DNA of 64,000 bases from Octopus bimaculoides (GCF_001194135.2 NC_068987.1:104523406-104587405), one strand, 5' to 3'. Counted from the stretch's first letter, positions 1 to 13,914 are shown. The notes: generated by a model from the sequence alone, not told the origin. Translations and numbers: made by a program.

Positions 1-349
1 GCCGCGATGTTACAAAATGTCTATGAGAATAGATTGTTTTATATGCCGTAAAGAAGATAAGGTTTGAATGGAAAGGATATATATGATAAAAAGGTGAGGG
101 GTTAAAAGAAAAATGATACTATCTCCATAAGAATGAGAAGTGTGCGCTTGGAGAGAGCGTCATAGGAGTGAAAATATTTTAAAGCTGAATAGACATTCAA
201 GAAACCTGTGATTTTATTTCTAAATTTGATGCCCCTTGGATAATTTTATGGCGGAACTGACCAGAACACGCTCGCACATTCATGCAAGTATCTATGTATG
301 TTTGTATGAATGTATGGTAATTGTATATATGAAAATAATTATGAAGACA

Positions 350-610
350 CGTGTGTGTGTGAGTATGTATGTATGTGTGTGTGTGTGTATGTGTGTGTGT
401 GTATGTGCACATGTATATATTAGATATATATATACGTTGATACATACACATACACTCGCACATACATACACACATATGCAAAAGTGGCCCCTCTATGAAA
501 CTCAAATGCAACTATATATTTATATGGACACACAAACAGACATTAATACATACACTCACACACTAAAACAAACACATATATTTACACACACGCTCTCACA
601 CACACACATA
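350..610. repeat. Compound (TG)n/(TA)n/(CA)n microsatellite
   Basis: Direct reading of the sequence. Confidence 0.9.
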
Positions 611-834
611 TATGAACCGTAATATTTACATAGTATCATATAGCAAATACATACATGCAAGTGAATGTATTTTATTTTATACTATGTATACTTAATATAT
701 CCTCTTTCCACCTAGTCAGAGAGATATACGTGCAAACACACATGTATATACACTGTACATGTGTATTCGCGTTCAGAGAACCACGTAGTACTTTCTACTT
801 GTTTATATGCAAATACGCACATGCACGTGCGCAT

Positions 835-872
<38 letters not shown>

Positions 873-949
873 TCAGGATGATATAACTACGTGACTTGCA
901 CGTTACACGTATGTATGAAGTCTATATTTTATTGCAATCCTATTTGTGG

Positions 950-1110
950 TGATTTGTCAGGATAACCTCAGTGTGGTCATCTGAACAGCTAGAAATAGCA
1001 GTCTTTCGTATCATATCATATCCTCGCATGTATAAAAAGAATTAAAATGATAAAAAATACTTTGGCATGATCATAGCTGGGATAGGGCTGTTCGATAAAA
1101 TGTGGTCTAG
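950..1110 (+). mobile_element. Diverged dispersed repeat (family D, core 'CTGCTAGAAATAGCAGCCAAA')
   Basis: 'ctgaacagctagaaatagcagtc' here resembles 'gctcgacctgctatagagagaagccaaa' (~34050) and 'gatcgacctgttagaaatagcagccaaa' (~61545). Related pieces lie at ~10900-11050 and ~49270-49430. Class unresolved. Confidence 0.5.
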
Positions 1111-1367
1111 CACTAAAGAACAGCAACATCTACTACTACTATTACTACCATGTTATACTAGTTAGTATCGTTACTGGAGTATAGCCTCGGTCAGCTCTGG
1201 TAGAATAGATATACACAAAGTAGCTTTGTATAGAAATAAGATTTCAATGAGCACAGTTCAATACTTGATTCAATATTTGCTTCGTTCGATTTAACCTCAT
1301 CCATGTCTTTGAGAAAAACATGAAAGCCCTATAATCTCTATGTTTTTACCTACTTCTATGAATTACA

Positions 1368-1411
1368 TTTCAATATTATACTTCAATATTATATTCAATA
1401 TTATACTTCAA
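1368..1411. repeat. Short tandem repeat, about 3 copies of TTCAATATTATA(C)
   Basis: Direct reading of the sequence. Confidence 0.8.
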
Positions 1412-2599
1412 CTTTAAAATATTGTTGTCAGTTTTCTCCTTATTTATTATTATTATTTTTCGTCAACACTGCTTGTGTTCGTTGTTGTTAAAATTTTATA
1501 TAGCATTTTATTTGGCCTTTATTTTAAATAGTCAGATTTATGAAAATAATCTGTTCAGTGTAGCGAAGAAATCTGAGTTATTAATAGCGTTCTTTAATCA
1601 GTTTACTTAATTCATTACTGATTTTATGACAATCATGGTCTGAAAAAAAAAGAGTCATAATGAGGCAGAATCTATTTTTAAATGACTTAAATTCACTTTA
1701 TTACAGTAAAAGAAAAAAATAAACAAGCAAACATATGATTCGTTCATTGTCTGTTAATTGAGTTTTTTTTTATGTTTCTACAATGCCCTAACACCTGGTC
1801 GAAATCATAGTCTTCTTTCAGAAACAGCTGGAAAATATCAATAAAGCATATAACCCTATACAAAGTAGTAATCTCTGAAGCACGCATTTATTTCAACTAA
1901 ATTTATTATAAATCATTTGTATTTAAAGGTCCCCGACCGTTTTATAGTACCGTCTACTTTGATTGTACTATGCATAGAACACCAGACAATAATGTTCATT
2001 TATAATATCATGCTTAGAGAGAATATATTTTAAAGAATATTTCAACAACCACCAGTTCTGTAATTGTTATAACTAGAGCGACAAATGAAAACATATCCTT
2101 ACTTTAATTTTGTGTATATTCAAATGCTTGATTAGAGTAGGTATTTTAATAATCATTTTAATATATAAGTTCGCTTTTACAAATAGATAATCTTTTGTTT
2201 GAGATTTAAGAGCACGTTCATAACACTAAATTCATTTACAGACAGAAACAAAAATGAAAACCGTACTACATATACAAACATATGCATTTGTTTATCTTTA
2301 CCCAATATTATCAATATCATTTTACTTTTGAGCACTTTCATAACTTTGAAATATTTTAGACATATAAAAAAAAAAGATCCTGAATAAAATAATAGTTAAC
2401 GAAGTAAGATGTTGCGTAGTATCAGAGTGCGACATCTTCATATCTTTGGGGCGTGGAAGTAACACTGTTTAATTAAGTTTCTCATGATATCCATTTAAAA
2501 TATAAACAAATGTTCTTTTAATATAAATGTTATAACTTTTACTAAAGTTAAGAAATTCTTTTAGATTAATTACTCTTATTAATAAAATGTTGTAAAAGT

Positions 2600-3950
2600 T
2601 TCTTACACTTTAAAAAGTTTTGCGTCAATTTTGCGTCGGCTGCTATAAAATCAGACTAAGTGTATAGTTTTCGCACCTGCTTTTTGTCTTAACTCCCCTG
2701 AATGGAACTCTCCTCTTATTCAACGCTTTTAAGATCTAGAACAAGCGATACAGAGTTAAAAATTTAGTTGCGTATTAATTGCGAAATATAACAAAACAAA
2801 TGCCCAGTATATTTTGTATAATGAATATATCAATAATTTATTTAAAAAATCATTTGCTTTAAAGATATATACGCCTCAAAGTATTTAAATCGTTCCTCAG
2901 CTAGTTAGAAGGGGGCTAGCTCTGCTGTACAATCTCTTGTGGCGTCAATTTTGAATGCGCAACTATTTCGCGCGGAAACTGCATCCGCTGAAAACCCACG
3001 CGAAAAACTCTCCCGCTCTCCGCAATTAAGAAAGATATAAACTTTTTTTTTTCTCTCTGGATTTTAGGAGCTTTTTAACGAAGAACTAGGCTTTCTTTAC
3101 TGTCGTCAGTGCCTGACAATAGAACATTGAGCCTACCCTTCAACACAAGTACGCCTCATGCAAATGAGAAAATGCTGGCTTGAAAACTACTTTTGGCCTG
3201 AAAAGCTTCATTGTACACGGTGTAAAGAAAACCAACAATCGAAAATAACAAAGAACAATTAATAAGTTGTTTTTCTACCAAACGGCAGATGGCTGGGTCT
3301 GCGGCTTCTAGACTGAAAGTTCACGCGATGGGAAGGAAAACTTTTTACAACGCCATTTCTTTTTCTTCTCCCCCCAACCTCAAAAAAAAGCAAGTTGCAT
3401 CGTTTCTAGAGGTGTAGCTTAGAGAGTTGTCTTTATTGCAACTTGGCCTGGAGAGAGGGAGAGAAAAAAATGCAGCAGTTTATCGGAAGAATGAATATAT
3501 TTTATTGTTTCGGTGTCTTGTATACACTTTTTTTCTTTTTATCAGGATATGAATAGCTTCCGAGACCCCAACAGGACTAATGTAAGCCACGTGGGCAAGA
3601 TCTAGCTTGGTTTAATAGCGCGTGTGTACCAGACGATGGAGCGGGCCGCGTGTGTCGTCTAACTGTACAGAAAGATGCGGTCTTTGTGATAGGATCCAAT
3701 TGCACACTAAGGCCAATAATTTGTACGTAATGGTAATTTGGCGTCAGCAAAGGAACAGGAGGGGTTTCGTCTCAAATGAACAGACGCTTCGAGCAGGCGT
3801 GGGGCCTGTCGACAGCATGTTTTGTAAAGTATTCAAATGGTCCCAACTTCCAGTGGCGATCACCTGCCTTTAGGAGGCGAGCACCCACAACCAGATGCAA
3901 AAATTATTTAATGATCAAATCAGTATTGGGGGTGCAAGTGAGTAAGAAGA
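2600..3950. promoter_or_regulatory. Candidate promoter / CpG-enriched regulatory region
   Basis: 10 CpG in 2941-3030. TGGCGT-4nt-TTTGAA (2940-2955), TTTCGCGC (2966-2973), ATGCAAAT (3158-3165), CGCCATTT (3351-3358), CACGTG (~3588), two CCAAT (~3696, ~3713) and TATAAAA (~2644). Possible splice donor GTGAGT at ~3938. Confidence 0.45.
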
Positions 3951-6134
3951 GAGCGTAAGACCTGAAACAAGGCGTCAGGAAGTAAAAGTGAGACGGTGGT
4001 AGTGTGTGAGGAAGAAGAGATCTTTGATATGAAAAATACTTAGTCCAAAAGAAAGAATAAATAGAAAATGAAAAATGGGTGAAGGGTGGGGGAGATAAAA
4101 GGGAAAGAAAGAAGTTATAATGAAGAGGGGAAAAGAAAACAAGAGAATGATTTCAACTTCTGTCCTCTTTGTCTATATCTTTTTTCTCTTTCTGGTTAGA
4201 GATTTTTCTTTCATATTTTCTTCTTTCTCTATTCTGTAGTTTGTTTGTTTTTATTTAGTTTTGTTTTTGTTTTTATTTTCTCCCCCATCTTCGTAACCTT
4301 TTCCTCGTCTTTATTTTTTATATATATAATGTAATGTGATTGTGTTGATAGTACATAGACGAAGGAAAGAAGCGAACACACCAATTGTCTGTGATTATGA
4401 TGAGACAGCACTGAAGACGTGATCTTACTGGAGAGGTCGACAGACACTGAACATTGCAAACGAAAAAAAAAAACAAAAAAAAACGAAGTTCATAATAATA
4501 TCAAATGTAGTAAAAACAAAAAGTTTCTGATATGATTTTATTTTATTTTTATTTTTTTAACGAACATATCAATATTACAGTTTTACAGTTCAAATTGTAG
4601 TTGTGAAGAAATGAGTCAATAGCAAAATGGTAGGTTGTTGCTTAAGGTGGGTGGGAGAAATATGAAGACGGTAGGGAAGAAAGGGGAAGCACACAGCAGG
4701 GGAATAAGATGGAATAAGGGTGTTTGGTTTGTACAAGTTAGAGTAGGTGCGAATGTATAGCAGCGAACATTGGGGTGTGATATTTTCAATAGAATTTAGA
4801 TAGACTAAGAAAGAAGGATTTACTTAATATTTGTTTTTGTGTGTAAATATATCAACGTGTACGTGTGTATGTATATGTGAGAGAACTTATGTGTATTTTT
4901 GTGCATGCTTTTTCATGTGTGTGTGTGTGTGCGTGTGTATGTGTGTGTGTGTATGGATGAAAGAAAGGGAGGAAGATTCTGTGTATGTATCTGTAGTGTT
5001 CGTGTATTCAATGAGTGTGTACGTGTGTGTGAGTGAGAAAGTGAGAAAGTGAGAAAGTCTATGTATCTGTAGGATTGTGTGTGTGTTTGTGAGCGCGCGT
5101 GTGCGTGCATGTGCGTGTGTGCGTGCATGTGTTAATGAATTTCAATATGTGCTTTGTCCAAGAGAGAGAACTCTCCACTCATAAAATCTGCTTGCTAAAA
5201 CTACATGTGTATTGAGAAAGAAATTATAAAGATTGAAAGAACTTCTTTAAGGATTTCTCTTCACAAAAGAAAAATGAAGTAGATCTGATTAGACAAACAA
5301 GAAAGAAGAATAATTATAAAAAATGAACAATAAATGAAATTAAAAAAAAAAACAAGGATAAAAATAGGTAAATGAAATAGTCTCTTTAAATACTTAATCT
5401 CCGCCCCAACACTTTTTCTGTTCTACTTTTTCTTCTTTACTTTTTGTATTTTTATACTTTTTACTTCAAGTTTCTTGTGAGAAGAAAACCTGAAGGTAAT
5501 ATAAAGCATAATGAATAATTCATTCATTCAATAATTCTATCACCTTTATTTTAGAGAAATAAGCCAAGAAAGCTAAGTATACACTATGCAATGAGAAGTG
5601 GCCACTTTCCATTTATGTGTGCCTTGTTTTGTTTCTCTTCTTAGATGGCACCCTACGAGTGAACAAGTAAAAAGTCTTGATAGCTTTTGTCCGTATATAG
5701 AAAGAAATTAATTGGAGAAAAGTTGTACGCCTTTCTGGTGCTTTTTTTTTTTTTGAAGAAAAGTCTTAATATGGGAAAAGTCCTTTGTAAGTAGAAAAGG
5801 GTGGGAGTCACAAATAAGTTATTTTCGTCGGAATAAAATTGGTCATATGAAGACTATCCACATATGTCGCGTTCAAGTGAGCTTTCCAACTGACACATAT
5901 GTTGATGAGATCGCAATATTTTTCTTGATGGGCTCTGAACCGACAGATTCACATAGAAAAGAAAACAAGGCACTACATGTAAAAAAAACAAACACTCGTA
6001 CATTTATACATACTTACTAACGCATGCATAGGTACACACAACGATAGGCTGATAAATGTATTCAAACATATTAAGAGCTATAAAGACGCGAAGCGACGTG
6101 CGTGTGTCGACGTATAAAGCCCTAAAATAATGCC

Positions 6135-6184
6135 CTCACTCACACGCATATGCCCACACACACTCACACACACACACACACACA

Positions 6185-6219
<35 letters not shown>

Positions 6220-6260
6220 ACACACACACACTCACACACACACACACTCACACTCACACA
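6135..6260. repeat. (CA)n microsatellite with CT interruptions
   Basis: Direct reading of the sequence. Confidence 0.95.
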
Positions 6261-9200
6261 GGTATATAAATATACGCGCACTCAGTCAGACGTATGCATT
6301 CACAAAGGTATATACACATAGGCACACTCAAAGTTCGTCATTATTTTTCTCCCCACCGAATCTTGTTCGATAGAGTTTCTCCAATTAACCTTTGTTATTA
6401 CTAATCTCTGATCTTTCTTTCTATCGCTCTTCCTTCTTTTCTTCCTTCCTTTCGTCTTTATTCCTTTCTTTCTTCCTTTTTGTTATTATATCTTTTTTAC
6501 CTTCTTGTCATCACTCCTTTCGTTATATATTCTTTTTATTCATTAAATTTCTTTTTAAAATGTATCTGTTATTCTTTTCTGCTTCTTCAGTTATTCTTTT
6601 CTCAATTATTTCACTTCGTATAATTACTTTTTACATTGAATAGATAGAAATATAAGAGTTTTTGCAACTTTTTCTGTATCAATCAGTCCTTTATGTTTTC
6701 TAAAATATTGTTTCTATCAAACAAGGCTAGATTCATGTTCGTTCCAGACTACCAGTAGAGGAAAGGAACATTATATCTTGTCAGCATGAGCATATTCTTT
6801 CTTAATATATATTATCTGATTCATAAAGTTACTTCAGAATTTGAAATTATTAAACTTTACGAGAATTTGTAAAATATTCCCCGGACACTTTTTCCTACAT
6901 TTTATAATATGCATACATTGCAGTTTAGCAATATTCGAAATATTGGACTAATCACTCTCATTTCTAGGAACTCACACACACACACACCACCACCATCACC
7001 ACCACTACCGCCACCTCCACCGCCACTCATACCAATTTAATCTCAGTTTGTTCATCTTATAAGCATGCCAAAGTTTTTCTTCTCATCATGAAAGCAATCA
7101 AACTTATGAAAATATCAAAAAACAGTTACAACGTCATCAAAAGTCCCATTAGCATTTTGCTTTACTGCTCCACATACGTCCCGTGGTAGCCCCTGTTTTT
7201 ACATACCTTATAATGCGTGTTTGATTCATATTGCACTTTCCACAAAATTTTGCTTATATTCTGTTTCTCAGAATCCTTTACTTATCACTTTCTTATTTGT
7301 TGTTGAGGGTTGGTAAATGAACTTTCATTATACATTTCTGAAAAGTATGTACGAATATTTAATATCCCTTTTCCTTTCTTTCAGACATAAATACCCCACA
7401 CTGTTTTATATATTCCCGTTAACAGCCAGCATGGGATACTTAAACTGAACATTAACCTTAATAATCGTGCTAAATTATCCTACATAACATAACACTGTTT
7501 TCTTCCAATTCAATATGACAGAAACAATAGCATTGTTAATTATGCCTGCGTGTATGTATATGTATACGTCAGTATGTATACGCATATATATGAATTAATA
7601 TACGTAGATATACATACATAAGTACACACAGACAGACAGACATATATATTATATATTCGCATATCTATATCTCTCTCACTTTCTCTCTTTCCATACAGTT
7701 ATATATATATATATANNNNNNNNNNNNNNNNNNNNNNNNNNNNNNNNNNNNNNNNNNNNNNNNNNNNNNNNNNNNNNNNNNNNNNNNNNNNNNNNNNNNN
7801 NNNNNNNNNNNNNNNNNNNNNNNNNNNNNNNNNNNNNNNNNNNNNNNNNNNNNNNNNNNNNNNNNTATATATATATATATATATATGTATGTAATTGCAA
7901 TGATTAGCATGAAACTAGCAACAATGAAGCTGTGAAATTTTTAATTCTGACATATTACGTTTATACATAAGTGTGGGAACCGGTTTATATGTGAGTGTGC
8001 GTGCGACGGGTGCGTGTGTACGCTCTGTCAAACGAAACAACATATTTAATATAGAATTATGAATATATTATCATAATTACGAAATATTCTCCGTAGCCAT
8101 ACCCGTGCTTAATGCATGCAATCACAAGTATGAAACACAACGAATACGTGAAATAAGGAGTGGAAATTGCTGGTATTCTTTTCTAATATATTAGGGAAAA
8201 CAGTGATGTAATTGTAGATGGGAATGAAAAACCAGATTGAAGTTATGGTCAGTGAAAAGTTAGAGCTGTCACACGTGTCTTACAGGGCCCTGGGATATAT
8301 TTTTTCAAAATAAACTTTGTCTTTTGCTCATATGCTTCTACTTGTATTTCTGGTATATTTTCAGCACACTTACAAACATGCATAAACCTCAATCTGATGG
8401 GAAAGAAAAATTCTAGCTATATTATATTATCGTAATTTTTATAGAGCCATCGTTAGTTCTGCATATATTTTCTTCCCCTCTTGTGTTGCACAAAATGTTG
8501 TTAATGTTGTTATTCGTATCTCTGCACTCATTGCAGCTGTTGCTTTCTGGTTTATTTGATGTTGTAGCTGTTGTAATGATCTATTTTTGCTTCTCGTTGA
8601 TGGTAATTACTTCAGCGACGGTGGTAAAAGCGGCATACAATGATGATTACGATGATAACGATGATGATGATAATGATGAAGGAAATCCTATAACGACAGT
8701 GACAGGGGTGACGACAGTAGTGGCTGTAAAAAAATGAGTGGTGGTGACAGTGATAGAAGTATTATGGCTATTGTGATACTTTTACTACCAATGTAACAAT
8801 TAATTTTTATTTGAAAGAGATCATAATTAACATTAGCTTATTGTTTCATTGCTTTATTTTCTCTCCTTCCGTATCCCGAGACACACTTTCGATACGTAGC
8901 TCTGTTATACTCATGTGGAAGTTTTCTCTAACAGCCAGTCAGCTAATCATTTCATCTCAGCCACTACTACTTTAGCGTCCAGCTGTCTGCTACTGTTTCG
9001 CTACTAGCCTCATTCCCGCATTTCCCGATTAGTACATGGGATTTATCTGCCCTTGTACTAATCTATCATAGACAGCCAGCGCTTTTATCCCATTTCTCCC
9101 TGCTTTTTCTGTTCATTTTCTCCTGTAATATGTCCTAAATATAATATTGGTTTGTTTAAACAGTTCTCTAGCATCTACATTTACATAACTCAAACATATA

Positions 9201-9315
9201 TTTAAGAATATTTCAAGACCCGATTTTAAGCATATATATATTCCATTTTCTATCCATTCACTAATTAATTATAATATATTTATTTAATTAAATTTACAAT
9301 TGTATTTAGAATATA

Positions 9316-9511
9316 CATTTTTTCTACTCTAGGCACAAGGCCCGAAATTTTTGGGGAGGGGGCCAGTCGATTAGATCGACCCAGTCTACAATTGGTACTT
9401 AATTTATCGACCCCCGAAAGGATGAAAGGCAAAGCCGACCTCGGCGGAATTTGAACTCAGAACATAAAGACGGAGAAATACCGCTAACGTTTCTGCCAGC
9501 TCGCTGCCTTA
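9316..9511 (-). mobile_element. tRNA-derived SINE, family A, with 13-bp target-site duplication
   Basis: Matches copies at 23325, 35647 and 46494. B-box GAGTTCAAATTCC on the minus strand. Flanks TATTTAGAATATA (9303-9315) and TATTTAGAACATA (9512-9524). Confidence 0.9.
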
Positions 9512-11209
9512 TATTTAGAACATATTAAAACACTTACAATATATGAAACTTCTCTGATTTTTACCGCGGTAAAAATTATTGGCAATAATCCACACTTTAT
9601 TTCACTATGGTTTTATTATGCTTAATTTTCCTATGACTCTCCATGAATATATGTTGCAGAAGAGGTAATTTAGTATATTCTTATTTAAATGTGAATATCA
9701 TACAAAGAGAGAAGTTCCTGACAAGACGATTTCGACTCCAGGTTGTAGCTTATTCGCTTCATATATAACAACAAAACTCTTAAGAAATGTGTTTATAGAA
9801 ATGATAATTTGTATATTCCGCACACTTAAAACCGATAGATTAATTCTTCGTTTAGTATGTCTTCTGAAAGAGTAGTTGATTTGAATATTGCACTTTTGGT
9901 GAGAACATTTTTAATGGCTTAGTCAGGAGAGAAAGGTAGAGCTCGTGACCCCTTTACAGAGCCTCTGATACTCATGAAGAGAAGGAGGATGGTATCCTCA
10001 AAACGGACAAGAGTTTGCAACAGAATAAGCTCTGGTTAAGACACACAAGAAGCAGGTGACGTTAAACTGGGCGGCAAATTAAGTTTACCACCCAAGTAGG
10101 CTAAGGCGGGATTTGAACTCATAACGCAGAAAGCTGAAATAAACACTGCCAGGCATCCCGTCCGACGTTCAAACGATTCTCTCAACCCACTTTTCTAGAT
10201 TGGTACTTTATCAGTATTACTGTACACAGTAAGAATCTTTTGATTTCAATCCTTGATTGTAGTTCGTTCCATCCATTATTTCCCTAGTATCAAAAGAAGG
10301 CGTACGGTCTCCTCAAAAGTTTTCCTGTTTTCGTGATGACAATTAAGTAATTACACATTCATAAAAACTGTTATACAATTTGCTCCATTCATCACACAAA
10401 TGCGTGGAAATATATAAATATTTATCCTTACATTTGTAGTGTTTCAAATAATGGATATTAACCAATTTTAATGTTATCCTTATTTATGCTATATACCTGT
10501 AGAGTTATGTAATTTCATATTTAAAATTAATTTTACCTTCTTAATTGAAAAAGAAAGTATTTCGAACATTTTTTTTTTCCTATGAAAGAAAAGAAATACC
10601 GATTCAATTGAAATGAAGGATTTGAATAATTCTGTGCTATCTTAGTAAGCATTAGTAAAACAGGAACTACTCAGTGTTTGCAAATCTAAGAACTTATAAA
10701 GTTAAGTATTAACGTGTTATATAAGATAACGGAATCATATTGAAGATAAACAAAGCGTTCTTGAGCAAGTTTATTTCAATATTCTCATAACTGAATATCG
10801 TTTGAATAATTTTTAATGAGTATGTACCACAAGTAAGGTTCAAGTTATCTTCGTTAGTCCCAAGCCTTGTACTAGGTTGAACATCGTCAGTGAGTGAAGA
10901 GAAATACCAGCTGTCACGCCCTGACCGTCCTCTTTGTTTACCTCTTCAATAGCTACCATCAGAATCTAACACTGGATAATGTAGTCCTGTATATGGTCAC
11001 AGCTGGAATGTATTTGATTATATGCCTGCTTAAAGAGAGGTGACCTGGAGATAAACAGCAAAAAAAAAAAAAAAAAAAAAAAACAGACGCACACAAATTG
11101 ACGAGACAGCGGTGAGAGCACATGTCCAGACACTCAGACTGCTTCCTAAAAGATTAACAACTGTAGGTCAGAGTGCGTTAGCAAGGTTCTCATCAAGACG
11201 GAGCTATGT

Positions 11210-11570
<361 letters not shown>

Positions 11571-11762
11571 AAAATTAGGAATATTCAGAGGAAGGGGAAT
11601 ATTCGTGCCTTGGGCAAGAGTATTATTAGTGGGAGTGAAGTGAATTGATTTCACCCGAGTGAGTGCTGGATGCAAATATGAAAAGTATGGAAGATTAGTT
11701 TTTGCTTTACGGTGCTCGCGACAGAAACGTAAAAATAACTACAAGTAATATATTGCAGTAGA

Positions 11763-11978
11763 ATCGTAGCGAGCTGACAGAATTGTTAGCACGCCGGGCA
11801 AGATGTTTAGCGGCATTTCAACCGTTTTCCCGTTCTGAGTTCAAATTCTGCCGAGGCCGACTTTGTCTTTTATCCTTTCGGGTTCGATGAAAAATAAGTA
11901 CCAGTTAATCACTAGGGTCAATGTGATCGACTTACCCGCTCTCCCGAAACTGCTGGCTTTGTGCCAAAATTTGAAACC
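11763..11978 (+). mobile_element. tRNA-derived SINE, family A subfamily with alternative 3' end, perfect 16-bp TSD
   Basis: Family A head and body ('gcgagctgacagaattgttagcacgccggg...gttctgagttcaaattctgccgagg'). AATATATTGCAGTAGA at both 11747-11762 and 11979-11994. Confidence 0.9.
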
Positions 11979-13435
11979 AATATATTGCAGTAGAGTCACT
12001 AATATAACAGTAATTATGATAAACTAACGCCAATCTTAGCTTGTAGAATGCTATACAAAAGGACTCATGCTATTTAATTACGTCTCTTTTAAGATCCAAA
12101 TTTAAATCCAGTCGTTGTAATTTTTTTCCGTCCATGCTACCAGTAATGAGTGTTAATTTTATTAACCCACGAAAAAAAAAAATGAGATCTTGGACCGTGT
12201 GTGAGTTAACATATATATCTCAAGGTTCAACACAAGTTCCGAGAAAGATGGTTCTTCCATTTCTTGCTAAACACAAATGATTTGTTTATAGTGGTCAAAT
12301 GTTTGTGCTGTACATTAGCTCATTCCGTCTATCAAATTGATATTCCCTGAACAGGTGCACAGTGTACCACACATCATATGACAAAGTGATCGCTGAGCAG
12401 CTTGGGATAAAGCTTTTTACTAAAGAACATAACGCACTATCCAGCCATGATATGAAACGACGATTTCTCCTCTCGATCATGAGTACGACACCCTAACCAG
12501 TGGGCCGTGCATCCTCTCAACACAAATATTCAATATTAAGAAGGCTGTCCACTGGAAAACATACACGGGTTATTCAGAGTTAACAAAGGTGTTAAAACTT
12601 AACATGAATGTTCAAATAAGTTTGCGATTAGCAAAACCTGGTATTAGTTGAAAAAGAGGACCCTGCATGAGCTAATTATCTTTATTCCTCGATGCCACAT
12701 TTCCATATAGTAAACTAGTTCCTATATGGTCACTTAGTAGTCGTGAAAACTATACTTCCGCTAATGACAGTCAAGAATACAGAAACGTTCGGAGTTGTTT
12801 CCCTTGCTACCGCGGTCACAGAATAAAATTTGGTTTCTTAATCATGGTATTTAAACATACTGTAGTTATTCCTGACGTCAAAATGATAAGGAATCATAAA
12901 ACCCCGTTTTTTTTTTAATTTCATAATTATAGTCATAATAAATCATAATTAAATTACCAATTTATCTAATTTGTTAGTCCCAATTAATGCAGTTCACTAA
13001 CTTTTCATTATAGTAAGTTAGTCCGCAGAAATTTTCATTCACCCCTAACGAAAAAGTTGCAGAATCAGAAAACTTGCGACTAACGACAATTAAGAAGAGA
13101 GAAACTTTGTGAGTTGTTTCCCTTACTAAGTTAGACAGAGGATGCAGTTAACAATCGCATAATAGGTTTTCATACCCATTGTATTTCAATCAAGTTCATA
13201 TTCATATTTATCTGCGTGCGCGTGTCTATATATGGATTTATAATGTATATACATGCACTGCTCGTGAGTTTGTATTATATACAGCGTATATATACATGTA
13301 TTGTATGTGTGCACTTACGTGCATTTATATATGTTTGTATGCGTGCATATATGTATGTACACCACAGGCTTTTGCTGTATTTTTCTCTAATGTTTGTGCA
13401 TTTATGTTGACCTTATGGAAAATAAAAGAATATTT

Positions 13436-13445
13436 TATTGTTGTT

Positions 13446-13508
<63 letters not shown>
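13436..13508. repeat. (GTT)n/(GTA)n microsatellite
   Basis: Direct reading of the sequence. Confidence 0.95.
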
Positions 13509-13580
13509 ACTGTTGTTTACGATTGGTGTTATCTTAGAAGAAAATTCTTGTTTTACTAAAGCTAGGATCAGGTTTCGATT

Positions 13581-13706
13581 TGCAATAGTATTGATGCAAT
13601 AGTATTGATGCAATAGTATTGATGCAATAGTGTTGATGCAATAGTATTGATGCAATAGTATTGATGCAATAGTATTGATGCAATAGTATTGATGCAATAG
13701 TATTTT
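13581..13706. repeat. Minisatellite, 9 x 14 bp TGCAATAGTATTGA
   Basis: Units start at 13581, 13595, 13609, 13623 (one A>G), 13637, 13651, 13665, 13679 and 13693. No spacers. Confidence 0.95.
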
Positions 13707-13914
13707 ATGCACGTTGCAAATTTCCGTGGGAAAACCATTCCTACGCAGCATCTTATTGTTTCCCTCATAAACGGTCGACTCTTCGGTAGTTTTCCTGTTT
13801 CCGAGATATCAATTAAGTAACCACACGTCGATCTTTGTATTTTACAGGAAGATGTTACAATTTTTATAGCTAGTGAAGGTATTATATAAACAGAAATACT
13901 AAAACGTGTTATGC

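Noticed and set aside
3622-3958. Two overlapping short ORFs as a host gene exon
   Set aside because: No recognisable motif and no consistent splice frame; kept only as a possible non-coding exon.
12703-12729. CArG (SRF) boxes
   Set aside because: CCTATATGG has only five A/T between CC and GG.
13581-13706. CRISPR-like regular repeat
   Set aside because: Units are contiguous with no spacers and there are no cas genes; the context is eukaryotic.
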